A DNA stretch of 50,532 bases from Promethearchaeota archaeon (GTDB taxonomy: Archaea > Asgardarchaeota > Lokiarchaeia > Sigyniarchaeales > SOKP01), in contig JBHLPW010000041.1 of assembly GCA_048939015.1 (NCBI GenBank), positions 1 to 50,532 of the forward strand. Direction: 5' to 3'. The stretch's first letter is position 1. The number at the start of each line of letters is the position of its first letter. The translations under genes were made by a program, and so were the position numbers. Below the pieces are notes generated by a model. It saw nothing but the letters and a program-made list of their open reading frames with translations, searched no databases and was not told where the DNA came from. Of the stretch, positions 38,992 through 49,563 are shown one piece after another.

Positions 38992-41900
38992 TTGAAAAAG
39001 TTGTTAAAATCCAATAAAATTAGGAAATTCAAATTTTATGTACTAATAGCTTCAACTATATTTATGGTCTTTTCTGGTTATACTTTCATGGATGAAAGGG
39101 TTTATAATAATTTTGCAAGAAAATTAAGAATTTCAGGATTTTGGGTTCTTAATCCGTTTATTATTGATGATAATGGATTTGGAAATTATACTTGGGCAGA
39201 AGCAGCTCTGGAGCCTTGGTGTGATGGCTCTGGTACATGGAATGACCCTTATATTATAGAAAATATTACAATTGATGCAGGATTTTCAGGTGATTGTATC
39301 GGGATTGAAAATTCAAATGTATTTTTTATAATTAGAAATTGCACATTAATTAATGCAGGATATCTTAATACAGGAGGAATTTATTTATATAGGGTAAACA
39401 ATGGAGCTCTAATTGATAATATCATTTCATTTAATTATTTTATTGGAATCGCTTTATTCCAGAGTAACAATATCACGATTCAAGAGAATACTGGTAATTT
39501 TAATGGATATTGGGGGATTTTTCTAAATGATAGTCATAATAACATCCTTATAGGAAATACATTTAACAATAATTATGAGGGTATCTACTTATTATATTGT
39601 AGTAATAATACTATAATAGATAACACAGCAAATTCTAATGAAGATGACGGGATAGATATTGATTATTGTTGTTATACTAATATCTCTAAAAATACTATGA
39701 ATGGTAATGGTGACACTGAATATCACAGAGGATTAGAAATGAATTATTGTAATTTTAGCTATATTTCAGAAAACATTTTAAATTATAATGGAGAAATTGG
39801 GATAATGTTGCATTATTGTGATTATAATAATGTTTTAAATAATACTGTAGAATATAATGGAGTTCATGGGATTCTTGTTCAACATGGTGATAATCATAAT
39901 ATTTCTAATAATATTGCTAAAAATAATGGAGATATCGGTATATTTTCAAGCAATTGTCATTATGTTAATGTTTTAAATAATTCTGCCAAAAATAATGGAC
40001 GTTATGGGATTCTTGTTCAACATGGTGATAATAATATTATTTATAATAATATTGCTGAGAATAACGGAGGTACCGGTTTATACATATATAACTGTAATGA
40101 GAATTCTGTAATAAACAATACAATAAATTTTAATTTAAGTGGAATTTCCCTTGGATCTTGTACAAACAACACATTATCCGTAAATAGGGAAATCTCTAAT
40201 GTTAACTATGGGATTTCTTTCTCCGAGTGTGAAAATATTGAAATCCTTAGCAATATTATAGAAAATAGTGGGTATAATGGGATAACCCTTAGGGATTGTA
40301 ATAGTAGTAACATTTCATTTAATTATTTAAATAAGAGTGGTAATAATGGGATAAATATCTGGGATTCTAATATTAGTAATGTATCTTCAAATTATATACA
40401 TAATAGTGGTATTAATGGGATATACATCCAGGATTCTAATTTTAATAATTTATCTTCAAATTATATAAATAATAGCGGTAATAATGGTATTGAAACTTTT
40501 CGCTGCGACAATAATACAATTATACAAAACATTATGATTGACAATAATTCTACAGGAATTTATGTTTTTTCTGGTAAACACCATGAAATCTCTGAAAATC
40601 TCGTGAATTATAACAAGGAGAATGGAATATACTTACATCGCTGTAATTATATTAATGTAAAAAAAAATATAGCAGATTTTAATGGACATTCCGGGATTAT
40701 TGCCAGTGATGGGGATTTTTTTAATATATCATATAATACTGCTACCTCCAATGAGGATTATGGAACCGATATATATGAAACTCGATATTCTAACGTTTTA
40801 AAAAATAAGTTGGACTTTAATAAATTTGGACTTCGTCTTTGGAGTTGTAATGAGAGTAGTTTTCTTGAAAATTCTCTGTGTGGAAACAATTACTCTGGAC
40901 TAGTTTCATATTTTTGTTATTTTAATAAAATTTCTAGAAACACCGCAAACTACAATGGAGGGGACGGAATTGATTTTAATAGCGGTAATTACAATAATGT
41001 TACAGATAACTCAGTAAGTTATAATGGAGAAACCGGGATTGATATGTATCAGAGTTATTATAACGAAATAGCAGGGAATAATATATTTCGAAATAATGAT
41101 AGTGGTATCTGGTTGTACGGTTGTAATGATAATATAATCTCAGAAAATAAAATTATTAATAATAAAGTTTATGGAGTATGGCTTTCTTATACCAGTTTTG
41201 ATAATCTATTCTATTCTAATTACTTTATATGCAATACCAGACATGTAATTGATTATAATACTAATAACTACTGGAATAATACAAATATAGGTAATTTTTG
41301 GGATAACTATACTGGAGAGGATATAAGCCCTGTAGATGGTATTGGTGACACTCCACATGTTATGAGTAGTGGTATAGATTATCTTCCGATTATTGATTTA
41401 AATATTCCTGTAATTGAAGTTATTTCTCCTTTTTCCACCAGTGTGTTTTCTCATAATGCACCTGATTTTACAGTTTGGGTTAGTGGAAATAATCTTGATT
41501 CAAGATGGTACACTTTTGGCAATGGAAAAACCATTTATACATTTCCAGGACTTACTGGAACTATCAACCAATCAGCATGGGATCAATTAGGAGATGGTTC
41601 TGTGACTATTATGTTTTACATTAATAATACAGCAGGAAATATTACATGTACTAGTAGTATTGAACTTATTAAAGATACTGTCGCTCCTACTGTTACTATA
41701 ATCTCACCATCTCCAAATCAATTCTGTGGAATATCTTCTCCTAGTTTTAATGTCCAAGTTTTGGATAATTATCTTCTTGAAAAAAGTTATTCCATTAACG
41801 GAAGACCTAATATTACCTTTACTTGGGAAACCCAATTTAATCAATCAGAATGGGACAATATAGGTAATGGAACGGTCTCAATAACTTTTTATGGGATAGA

Positions 41901-42345
41901 TAAAGCTGGAAACCTAGACTCGAGTCAAATTGTAGTTCGAAAAGACGCAATTGTCCCACAGATTTATCTCAATTCTCCCTTTCAGAACGAAGAATTCGCA
42001 GGTATAGCTCCACATTTCAATCTTACAATCATTGAGGATCACCTCACATCTACTTGGTACAAAATAGAGGGTATTACAGGTAATTTCTTTTTCACAGGAC
42101 TTAATGGTACTATCGACCAAACAGCATGGGATCTTTTACTTGAAGGTTCTGTTACTTTAACTTTTTATGCTGAAGATGCTGGTGGTAATTTTAATTCATA
42201 TTCAGTAGAAGTTATAAAAAGAATTCCTTCCCAATCACTAACATTTCCTTGGCAAATGGTAATCATTATCATAGCTGTTATAGCTGGTGTGGCTACAGCA
42301 TTAATCTATTACAGCATTCGCAGGAAAGCAAGAGTAGAACCTTAA
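38992..42345 (+). CDS. Large cell-surface beta-helix (NosD-like) protein with three Ig-like repeats and C-terminal TM
   Basis: WCDGSGTWNDPYII cap; long 22-23 aa Asn-rich coils; GNFWDNY cap; three AWD/EWD..G.V...FY...AGN/GGN repeats; TM plus RRK. Confidence 0.85.
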   Translation: MKKLLKSNKIRKFKFYVLIASTIFMVFSGYTFMDERVYNNFARKLRISGFWVLNPFIIDDNGFGNYTWAEAALEPWCDGSGTWNDPYIIENITIDAGFSGDCIGIENSNVFFIIRNCTLINAGYLNTGGIYLYRVNNGALIDNIISFNYFIGIALFQSNNITIQENTGNFNGYWGIFLNDSHNNILIGNTFNNNYEGIYLLYCSNNTIIDNTANSNEDDGIDIDYCCYTNISKNTMNGNGDTEYHRGLEMNYCNFSYISENILNYNGEIGIMLHYCDYNNVLNNTVEYNGVHGILVQHGDNHNISNNIAKNNGDIGIFSSNCHYVNVLNNSAKNNGRYGILVQHGDNNIIYNNIAENNGGTGLYIYNCNENSVINNTINFNLSGISLGSCTNNTLSVNREISNVNYGISFSECENIEILSNIIENSGYNGITLRDCNSSNISFNYLNKSGNNGINIWDSNISNVSSNYIHNSGINGIYIQDSNFNNLSSNYINNSGNNGIETFRCDNNTIIQNIMIDNNSTGIYVFSGKHHEISENLVNYNKENGIYLHRCNYINVKKNIADFNGHSGIIASDGDFFNISYNTATSNEDYGTDIYETRYSNVLKNKLDFNKFGLRLWSCNESSFLENSLCGNNYSGLVSYFCYFNKISRNTANYNGGDGIDFNSGNYNNVTDNSVSYNGETGIDMYQSYYNEIAGNNIFRNNDSGIWLYGCNDNIISENKIINNKVYGVWLSYTSFDNLFYSNYFICNTRHVIDYNTNNYWNNTNIGNFWDNYTGEDISPVDGIGDTPHVMSSGIDYLPIIDLNIPVIEVISPFSTSVFSHNAPDFTVWVSGNNLDSRWYTFGNGKTIYTFPGLTGTINQSAWDQLGDGSVTIMFYINNTAGNITCTSSIELIKDTVAPTVTIISPSPNQFCGISSPSFNVQVLDNYLLEKSYSINGRPNITFTWETQFNQSEWDNIGNGTVSITFYGIDKAGNLDSSQIVVRKDAIVPQIYLNSPFQNEEFAGIAPHFNLTIIEDHLTSTWYKIEGITGNFFFTGLNGTIDQTAWDLLLEGSVTLTFYAEDAGGNFNSYSVEVIKRIPSQSLTFPWQMVIIIIAVIAGVATALIYYSIRRKARVEP
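39866..40032 (+). repeat. Intragenic direct repeat, 138-bp period
   Basis: The identical 29-mer ATGGGATTCTTGTTCAACATGGTGATAAT occurs at 39866 and 40004. Confidence 0.8.
40330..40490 (+). repeat. Intragenic tandem repeat, 69-bp period
   Basis: TATCTTCAAATTATATA occurs at 40382 and 40451; repeated SG(N/I)NGI..DSN..N.SSNYI. Confidence 0.75.
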
Positions 42346-42448
42346 TAATCTATTAAATAAAAGTATTGTTGTTCTTCTACTGAATTAAAATTTTTAATAA
42401 AATTTATTTTAATTATAGTTTGTTTAGACTTATACAATATTATTTTAA

Positions 42449-44383
42449 ATGATAAAAATGGGAAAAACTTTAACTGAAAAAATCTTGGAACTACATTTAA
42501 TTGAAGGAACATTAGAAAAAGGTAGTGATATTGCTATTAGAATAGACCAAACATTAACCCAAGATGCTACTGGCACTATGGCTTACTTACAATTTGAGGC
42601 AATGGGAGTTCCTCGCGTTCAAACTGAATTATCTGTGAGCTATGTTGATCATAATATGTTACAAACTGATTTTAAGAATCCCGATGATCATCGTTATCTA
42701 CAAAGTATCGCAGCAAAATATGGTTTATATTTTTCAAGACCCGGAAATGGTATCTGCCATCAGCTCCATTTAGAAAGATTTGCTCGCCCTGGTAGAACAT
42801 TATTAGGTAGTGATAGTCATACTCCAACAGGAGGTGGTGTAGGGTCAATTGCAATTGGAGCTGGAGGCTTGGATGTTGCAGCAGCAATGGCGGGAGAATC
42901 TTTCCGTCTCAAAATGCCAAAAATCGTTAAAGTTCACCTTACAGGAGAATTATCAGCATTTGTTTCCGCAAAAGATGTTATATTAGAAGTCTTAAGAAGA
43001 ATAGGAGTGAAAGGGGCTGTTAATAAGGTCTTAGAATATGTTGGCCCAGGGATAAAAACACTTACAGTTCCTGAAAGAGGAACTATTACTAATATGGGGA
43101 CTGAAACAGGTGCTACTACCTCAATTTTTCCATCAGACGAAATAACAAAAGATTTCTTAGAAGCTCAAGAAAGAGGGGATCAATGGGTTCATTTAGAACC
43201 AGATCAAGATGCTAATTATGATGAAACTATAGAAATTAATTTAAGTGAGTTAGAGCCATTAATAGCTGAACCACATAGTCCTGGTAATGTGAAAACTGTT
43301 AAAGAGCTAGAAGGATTAAATGTAGATCAAGTATGTATAGGTAGTTGTACGAACTCATCATTAAGAGATTTAAAAATTGCTGCAAATATGCTAAAAGGGA
43401 AGACTATAAATCTCAATACAGTTTTAACAGTATCTCCTGGATCTCGTCAAGTAGTAGATCATATGATTGAATCCGGTGAAATGGGTTATTTAATAAAAGC
43501 TGGGGCAAGGATTTTAGAAAATGCTTGTGGACCGTGCCTAGGTCAAGGCTTAGCCCCAAAAAGTCATGCTGTATCTTTAAGGACGTTTAATAGAAACTTT
43601 CTTGGAAGATCAGGCACCAAAAGTGCTAATGCTTACTTAGTAAGTCCCGAAACTGCTGTTATAGCTGCAATTAAAGGGAAAATTACAGATCCTCGAAAAT
43701 TTGGTGATTTACCCAAAATAGAAATGCCTAAGAAGTTTAATGTTAATGACAATTTGATAGTACCACCATTACCACCTGAAGAAGCTGAAAAAGTTGAAAT
43801 CATCAGAGGTCCTAATATTAAACCTTTACCAGAATTTAATCCTGTACCAGAAAAATTAGAAGGAGAAGTTCTTCTTAAGGTAGAGGATGATATAACTACA
43901 GATCATATATTACCAGCGGGAGCAAAAATCTTACCACTTAGGAGTAATATTCCTGAAATTAGCAAATTTACTTTTAATGTAATTGATGAATCATTCCATG
44001 ATAGATCCCTAGAAAAAGGAGGGGGCTTTATTGTTGGAGGCGAGAACTATGGTCAAGGTTCCAGTCGTGAACATGCCGCAATAGCACCTAAATACCTTGG
44101 TATTAAAGCTGTAATAGTAAAAAGTTTCGCTCGTATTCATTTAGCCAATTTATTAAATTTTGGGATAGTTCCACTAACCTTTGTCAATAAAGAGGATTAT
44201 GATAAAATTGATCTTGCGGATCAATTTGAAGTTGATTTAACAACAATCAAATCAGGAAAGATTTTAATGAAAAATAAGACAAAAAACATAGATATTGAAT
44301 TAACTCATTCTCTTAGTGAACAAGGTTTAGAAGAATTAATGGCAGGTGGAAAATTAACACTAATAAAGCAAAAACACACCTAA
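42449..44383 (+). CDS. acn: Aconitate hydratase (short, putative-aconitase type)
   Basis: LTQDATGT, YVDHN, GICHQ, GSDSHT, IGSCTNSS, ACGPCLG, TFNRNF, ITTDHI, NYGQGSSREHAA. Confidence 0.93.
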   Translation: MIKMGKTLTEKILELHLIEGTLEKGSDIAIRIDQTLTQDATGTMAYLQFEAMGVPRVQTELSVSYVDHNMLQTDFKNPDDHRYLQSIAAKYGLYFSRPGNGICHQLHLERFARPGRTLLGSDSHTPTGGGVGSIAIGAGGLDVAAAMAGESFRLKMPKIVKVHLTGELSAFVSAKDVILEVLRRIGVKGAVNKVLEYVGPGIKTLTVPERGTITNMGTETGATTSIFPSDEITKDFLEAQERGDQWVHLEPDQDANYDETIEINLSELEPLIAEPHSPGNVKTVKELEGLNVDQVCIGSCTNSSLRDLKIAANMLKGKTINLNTVLTVSPGSRQVVDHMIESGEMGYLIKAGARILENACGPCLGQGLAPKSHAVSLRTFNRNFLGRSGTKSANAYLVSPETAVIAAIKGKITDPRKFGDLPKIEMPKKFNVNDNLIVPPLPPEEAEKVEIIRGPNIKPLPEFNPVPEKLEGEVLLKVEDDITTDHILPAGAKILPLRSNIPEISKFTFNVIDESFHDRSLEKGGGFIVGGENYGQGSSREHAAIAPKYLGIKAVIVKSFARIHLANLLNFGIVPLTFVNKEDYDKIDLADQFEVDLTTIKSGKILMKNKTKNIDIELTHSLSEQGLEELMAGGKLTLIKQKHT

Positions 44384-44432
44384 ATAAAGATTTTGTTTTT
44401 CTTTTTTTTTTTACTTTTTTTATTGAAATTTA

Positions 44433-44894
44433 TTATAATCTACCGGGATAATCTACAGTTTTGAAAGGCCAATGAGTTTTGATCCAATCTTTTACAGTAT
44501 CAAATAGGATATCATCCAACCCTTTATCGTATTCAGACTGGCGAACCCACATATGTACAACTGCATCTAGATTAGTTGCTTCCGATGGATTGATGTAAAC
44601 ACAGCCTAGAACTTTTGATTCATCCAATGATATAACAGTATAGGCAAACGCCTCGCGAGTAAGAAATTCTTGTTGATGTCTTTTCAGATCAACAAGATTT
44701 TCCTTGAGGGTAAAATCTTTCCTCGGCCATGGACCACCAAACATTCTATGTAATAAATCTTGGCTTTCCATGACCGCTTCATAGTCTTTTTCAACGTCAT
44801 TAGCTGACAACATCCGAAGACGAAAATATTTTGTATCAAGCTTTAAGGGGATATCGAAATTATCAGGAACGAATTGGTTTTTAGACATTGACAA
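44433..44894 (-). CDS. GNAT/RimJ-like N-acetyltransferase family protein
   Basis: DYEAVMES, NLVDLKRHQQEF, FAYTV, LGCVYINP, WPF...YPGR. Confidence 0.75.
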   Translation of the reverse strand: MSMSKNQFVPDNFDIPLKLDTKYFRLRMLSANDVEKDYEAVMESQDLLHRMFGGPWPRKDFTLKENLVDLKRHQQEFLTREAFAYTVISLDESKVLGCVYINPSEATNLDAVVHMWVRQSEYDKGLDDILFDTVKDWIKTHWPFKTVDYPGRL

Positions 44895-44976
44895 ATCAAC
44901 TTTAGAATATATATTGGATAAATTATATAGAATGCCTTGTTTTATAATTATAAGTTATTTTTATTTATAAGATATC

Positions 44977-45747
44977 ATGTTCGATAAAAAATTTAAACAG
45001 GATCCGAAAAAAAGGTTCAGTTCAAGAGTAGAAAATTATATCAAATATAGACCTAACTATCCTAAAGAGATAATGGAGTTCTTGAAGGAAAAAGAAATTT
45101 TGTCTACTCGTTCAGTTATCGCAGATATTGGATCAGGGACCGGTATTTTGAGTAAACTTTTTCTAATGGAAGGTAATCTAGTTTATGGAGTAGAACCAAA
45201 TATTGATATGAGAAATGCAGGTGATATGTTTTTGAAAGAGTTTTCAAACTTTGTGAGTATTGATGGTTCTGCAGAAAATACTACTCTTGATCAAAATACT
45301 ATTGATATTATAATTGCAGGACAAGCTTTTCATTGGTTTAATCTAGAGAAAGCTAAATTAGAATTTCTTCGTGTTCTTAAACCAAACGGCTGGGTTGTTT
45401 TGATTTGGAATCGTAGAAGAAAAAAAACTAATGCATTTTTAATAAAGTATGAAAAATTTCTTTTGAAGTATGGAACAGACTATAAAGCGATTGAAAAGAG
45501 TAAATTAGATTTTAATAAATTTTTTGGAGACAGGAATTATAAATATATAAAATTCGATAATTACCAGATTTTTGATTATGAAGGCTTAGAGGGAAGATTA
45601 CTCTCTACATCATATATACCTTTGGAAGATCATCCTGAATATAACAATATGTTATTTGATTTAAAACAGTTATTTGAAAAATACCAAGAAAAAGGACAAC
45701 TTAGATTTGAATATGACACTGAAGTTATTTACGGACAGTTACTATAA
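44977..45747 (+). CDS. Class I SAM-dependent methyltransferase
   Basis: YRPNYP, IADIGSGTG, GVEPN, AGQAFHWF, RVLKPNG. Confidence 0.93.
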   Translation: MFDKKFKQDPKKRFSSRVENYIKYRPNYPKEIMEFLKEKEILSTRSVIADIGSGTGILSKLFLMEGNLVYGVEPNIDMRNAGDMFLKEFSNFVSIDGSAENTTLDQNTIDIIIAGQAFHWFNLEKAKLEFLRVLKPNGWVVLIWNRRRKKTNAFLIKYEKFLLKYGTDYKAIEKSKLDFNKFFGDRNYKYIKFDNYQIFDYEGLEGRLLSTSYIPLEDHPEYNNMLFDLKQLFEKYQEKGQLRFEYDTEVIYGQLL

Positions 45748-45759
45748 CTTTCGTGAGAA

Positions 45760-46764
45760 TTAAGCTTCTTTTAAATAAAAATCTATTGTTCCCTTTATCA
45801 TTTTAAACTTCTCAAGTGAAGGCTGTATTTCTCCTTTTCTTAATAAGATTAGTCCTTCTTCATTTAATTTCTTCACAGATTCTTTAAGCTCTTCAAAACT
45901 AAGATCTCGTTTAAGCTTTACTAATATTTGAGAGTATTTTTCAACTAAATCAGTTTTTTTAATAGATTCAGCAAGTTTGAGAAGATTTTCACAATGAGAA
46001 ATTGCATTTTTAAATTTTCTATTTTTTTGATATAATTCTATTTCATTTATCATTCCATCTATCGATTTTACAACATTCAAATAGGTTTTTTCAGCATTTA
46101 AAATATCTGTTTGAATATACTCTAATTCTTGGAGATGAGTGTCTATATTATTTTTCTTTAATTCATTTATGATATTAGATAACTTTGGTTTTACTACATC
46201 AAATTGGAATTCTTCTTTTGATACAATACTTTGTTCAATTATTTCTCGTGCTTTAGTTATTATTTCATTTCTAATTTTTGCTTTATTATGTTTTTCTTCA
46301 AAAATATCCCATTTATTCCTGAGATTATCATCTTCAAGTTTAGAGAGTATTTTTTTTGCTTTTTCTAAAGTTTGTTCTGTTTTCAAAAAATCTTCTACAT
46401 TAAAACCAGCGTTGAAACTATATTCTAAATGGCTAAGTTCAGTTTTTAACTTCTTTATCTTTTCTAAGCGTAATCTTGCTTGTTCAAGCCTTAATTTTTC
46501 TTTTTCTTTTTCCTCTCTTTCTTGCTGAATCTTTTTGATTCGAGTAATTAGAGTTTCTTGTTCCTTAATAAATGATTGTAAGTCTTCAGGTTCTGCTAAT
46601 TCAATAATTTCATAAGCAAACGCTAACGCTGTTTTCAGGTCGCCCCTCATATATGCCTGTCCTTGTATTCCAATACGATCATCAATTTCTGAGATAACTT
46701 TAATTTTTCTTTTTTCTTCTTTTTCTTCTACTTCCTCAATTTGTTCTAATTGATCCTCAGCCAT
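45760..46764 (-). CDS. Alpha-helical repeat (TPR/MIT-like hairpins plus coiled coil) protein
   Basis: Repeats shared with 46784..48406, e.g. FNAG...LEKAKKILSKLEDDNLRNKW and YQKN...CENLLKLAE...KYSQIL. Confidence 0.65.
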   Translation of the reverse strand: MAEDQLEQIEEVEEKEEKRKIKVISEIDDRIGIQGQAYMRGDLKTALAFAYEIIELAEPEDLQSFIKEQETLITRIKKIQQEREEKEKEKLRLEQARLRLEKIKKLKTELSHLEYSFNAGFNVEDFLKTEQTLEKAKKILSKLEDDNLRNKWDIFEEKHNKAKIRNEIITKAREIIEQSIVSKEEFQFDVVKPKLSNIINELKKNNIDTHLQELEYIQTDILNAEKTYLNVVKSIDGMINEIELYQKNRKFKNAISHCENLLKLAESIKKTDLVEKYSQILVKLKRDLSFEELKESVKKLNEEGLILLRKGEIQPSLEKFKMIKGTIDFYLKEA

Positions 46765-46783
46765 TTCTATCTTTTCTGCTTAA

Positions 46784-48406
46784 TTAATTCTTATATTCTT
46801 GTAATTGATTAATAATTTGTTCAAATAAGTTTAAAGATTCTGAGCAGGATTCTTTTTCTAAAGCTTCAATACCATTTTGACTTAGTGCTTCTATATCCTC
46901 AATTAATTTTTTTGCTACATGAAATTTGTTCTTATATTCGTCCCATTTGTTTTTGATATCGTCATCTATTAGTTCAAATAAATTTATTTCAGCTTTCTTA
47001 AAAATGATAACGATTTTCTCCATTTTCATAGTTTGTAATTGCAATTTGAAGTCATTTTCTAGCTTTTCGAGTGCTTGTCTTAAATTTTTTTGCTTCTCTT
47101 CAAATTCCTTTCTTCTCTTAATTTCTCCTTTCGTTTGTTCTAAAATAGCTTGATATTTAGAACTTAATTCGGGTTTTTTTAATATTGTTGTAAGTTCGAT
47201 AATTTTTTCACATTCTTTTAAAATCTCATTAAGATTATCATTTTTTTGATAATTTTTAATTAGTTTTTCTAATTTTCCAACTTCAGATATTTGATTTTTA
47301 AATAATCTTTCTGCATCGTCAACTTCAGATTTTACCAATTCTAATTTACTACGATATTCTGGAAGATCTAAAACGTTTAATTCTCTTTCTAAGCTTTTTA
47401 TCCGAGATTTCAGTTCAGGATAAAAATGGTTTTCCTTTAAGTCTTTACTTTTAGTAATGAATTGTTCAAATCTTTCAATAAAATTGACTTTTTCTTTTAC
47501 TTCTTGAATTTTTTTGTTTAGATTAGTCCATCTACTTCTAATTTTTTCATCTAATAATTGAGAAAGTAATGTTTCTGCTTTTTCAAACAAATCAATTAAA
47601 TTTGGCACATCTAGCGTGTTTATTGCCGCATTAAAATCTTTCTCTAAGATACTTAGGGAATTTCTTAATTTTTCCTGTTCTGCATTCCATTTGTTTTTCT
47701 CTTCAGATATTAATTCTTTAGCTTTTGGTATTAGATTTAAATCATATATATCTTCAAATTTTTTGATAAAGTCTCCGACAACATTATGGGCACCAATAAA
47801 ATCCTTTGTTTTAATTAGTTCACTATATCTTTTCTCTACAATAATCGCGTCTCCTTCGATTTCGGAAATAATTTGTTGATTTTCATATTTTTCTTTTATT
47901 TCAGATATCATCTTTTTATGTTCTGTTATCAACGCATCATCTTGAATTTTTTGTGCTAATTCGATTATTTTTTTTAATTTCTCGATTCCCTCTTTATATT
48001 CTTCAGACTTTATTAATTTTTCAGATTCTTCTTTTAATTCATCTACTTTTTTCAAAATTGGGAGTACAATTTTTTCTTGATAATCAATAATTTCATATAA
48101 TTCATCTTTTTTAATCTCCAAATTCTTAAAGAAATCGTATGGTTCCGATCTCATATCAAAAGTTTGATTCCTTATAATTCTAAATTGAGGGAATTCTTCT
48201 TTCAAAATCACACGTATGTTGGGGATATGGTTTTTTAAAGCTTGAGTGGCGTTTTTTCCAATCCAAATATACATTGTTTTGATTTTTGTGATATAAATAG
48301 CTAATATATTAACAATTGTGAAAACATCCTTTATGTTCTCATAAGCTATCTCATCGAATGTCCCATCAAAATTCAACTTGAAGGTTTTTATTACATTCTC
48401 AACCAT
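46784..48406 (-). CDS. Gelsolin-like domain fused to long alpha-helical repeats
   Basis: The first ~95 aa contain ILAIY...MYIWIGKNAT...SEPYDFF, matching gelsolin-repeat IYxWxGxxA and EPxxF. The remainder is helical repeats. Confidence 0.65.
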   Translation of the reverse strand: MVENVIKTFKLNFDGTFDEIAYENIKDVFTIVNILAIYITKIKTMYIWIGKNATQALKNHIPNIRVILKEEFPQFRIIRNQTFDMRSEPYDFFKNLEIKKDELYEIIDYQEKIVLPILKKVDELKEESEKLIKSEEYKEGIEKLKKIIELAQKIQDDALITEHKKMISEIKEKYENQQIISEIEGDAIIVEKRYSELIKTKDFIGAHNVVGDFIKKFEDIYDLNLIPKAKELISEEKNKWNAEQEKLRNSLSILEKDFNAAINTLDVPNLIDLFEKAETLLSQLLDEKIRSRWTNLNKKIQEVKEKVNFIERFEQFITKSKDLKENHFYPELKSRIKSLERELNVLDLPEYRSKLELVKSEVDDAERLFKNQISEVGKLEKLIKNYQKNDNLNEILKECEKIIELTTILKKPELSSKYQAILEQTKGEIKRRKEFEEKQKNLRQALEKLENDFKLQLQTMKMEKIVIIFKKAEINLFELIDDDIKNKWDEYKNKFHVAKKLIEDIEALSQNGIEALEKESCSESLNLFEQIINQLQEYKN

Positions 48407-48795
48407 AAAGAATCAAAATTATCCCTAGTAATAATTTAGTCAAAATATTTGTTTTTAAACATTTGGCAATAGAAAAGCAAAATATGGTTAAAATTACACA
48501 TTTTAAGGCCATAAGATTTCTTTTGTTCAAATTCACAAAATCTTGCTTCAACTTTTGGTTTTAAATTGATCTAACTACCAGATAAAATTGTATTAATTTA
48601 TCTTGTGCTTAAGTTCTTCTTCTATATAATCTTCACATGCAAAAGTATTTGGTGTCTCACAGACTTTGATTCTCTATTCATTTTAATTATCAACTTGCAG
48701 GAAACAGTAGATTACCTTAATGTAAATGAAGTTGGTATTTAATTGCTAGTCTTTTAAATCATTAATAAAATTCTGATTAGAATCTAATTTTAAAC

Positions 48796-49563
48796 TTAAT
48801 TTTTTTCCCTGATTTTCATTAATGACCTTATAGGATTTAGCTTCCAAATTTTATATGATTCTAACACAAAAATAATTGTCCCTAAAATTAAAAAGAATAA
48901 CATTAGTAAATTAATCGGGTCTAGAAAAAAAGTTATACCTTGGATTAAAGCGAGAATTAAATATAAAATAAAACCTGATAAATAGATTATTAAATAGAGT
49001 GATATTCTAGGGATTGCTCGATTACCAATTCGTATAAAAAATTTTAATATTCCTACTTTAACATCTTTCTTAAGTGAATATTTTCCTTCTTCTTCATCTT
49101 TAGATATAATTCCTGCTTTTAATAATTTGTTTAATTGATAAGCAACAGTCCCAGAAGATGAAATACTCGATGCCTTTTGTATCTCTCTTACTCCAGCATG
49201 CCTTCTAACGAAGAAAAACCAATAAACTTGGAGTGTCTTACCTTGTAATAAATCTTCTATATTTAATGGTTTTGAATCATCTATTTCTTCTACAATCTCA
49301 GTCAGTTCAGTCTTAATTTTTTCAGTTAAAGGTTTTTCTAAGAAGTAAATTCCAATAATTAAAAAACTGTAAGATACGAACATTATAAAAGAGAAATATA
49401 GATAAAACACTATTATCTTAATATTGATATTTCGTTGAGAATAGAAAACTAGGAAACAAATTGTCATTATCGCTTGGAGAATAAATAAGGAATGAATTAC
49501 TTTTCTTAAATAAAAGTATAATAAAGGTTTATTACTATTTTTTCTTGATTTGAATCCCATCAT
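48796..49563 (-). CDS. Membrane-bound winged-helix transcription regulator
   Basis: Two N-terminal TM helices; LQGKTLQVYW..GVREIQK...SSSGTVAYQLNKLLKAGII wHTH; two C-terminal TM helices. Confidence 0.75.
   Translation of the reverse strand: MMGFKSRKNSNKPLLYFYLRKVIHSLFILQAIMTICFLVFYSQRNINIKIIVFYLYFSFIMFVSYSFLIIGIYFLEKPLTEKIKTELTEIVEEIDDSKPLNIEDLLQGKTLQVYWFFFVRRHAGVREIQKASSISSSGTVAYQLNKLLKAGIISKDEEEGKYSLKKDVKVGILKFFIRIGNRAIPRISLYLIIYLSGFILYLILALIQGITFFLDPINLLMLFFLILGTIIFVLESYKIWKLNPIRSLMKIREKN

Noticed and set aside
33908-42345. Diversity-generating retroelement acting on the Asn-rich surface genes
   Set aside because: No reverse transcriptase and no TR/VR pair with adenine-specific mismatches was seen; the repeats are in-frame coil duplications.
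410-47879. Many short overlapping ORFs (e.g. 410..670, 2814..3044, 4578..4877, 14767..15057, 19064..19285, 33222..33575, 34009..34419, 46139..46528)
   Set aside because: They lie antisense or out of frame within well-supported genes and have no motifs.
48407-48795. Possible gene remnant (minus-strand fragment IKVCETPNTFACEDYIEEELKHKIN)
   Set aside because: No start codon in frame and stops close upstream; too short to support.
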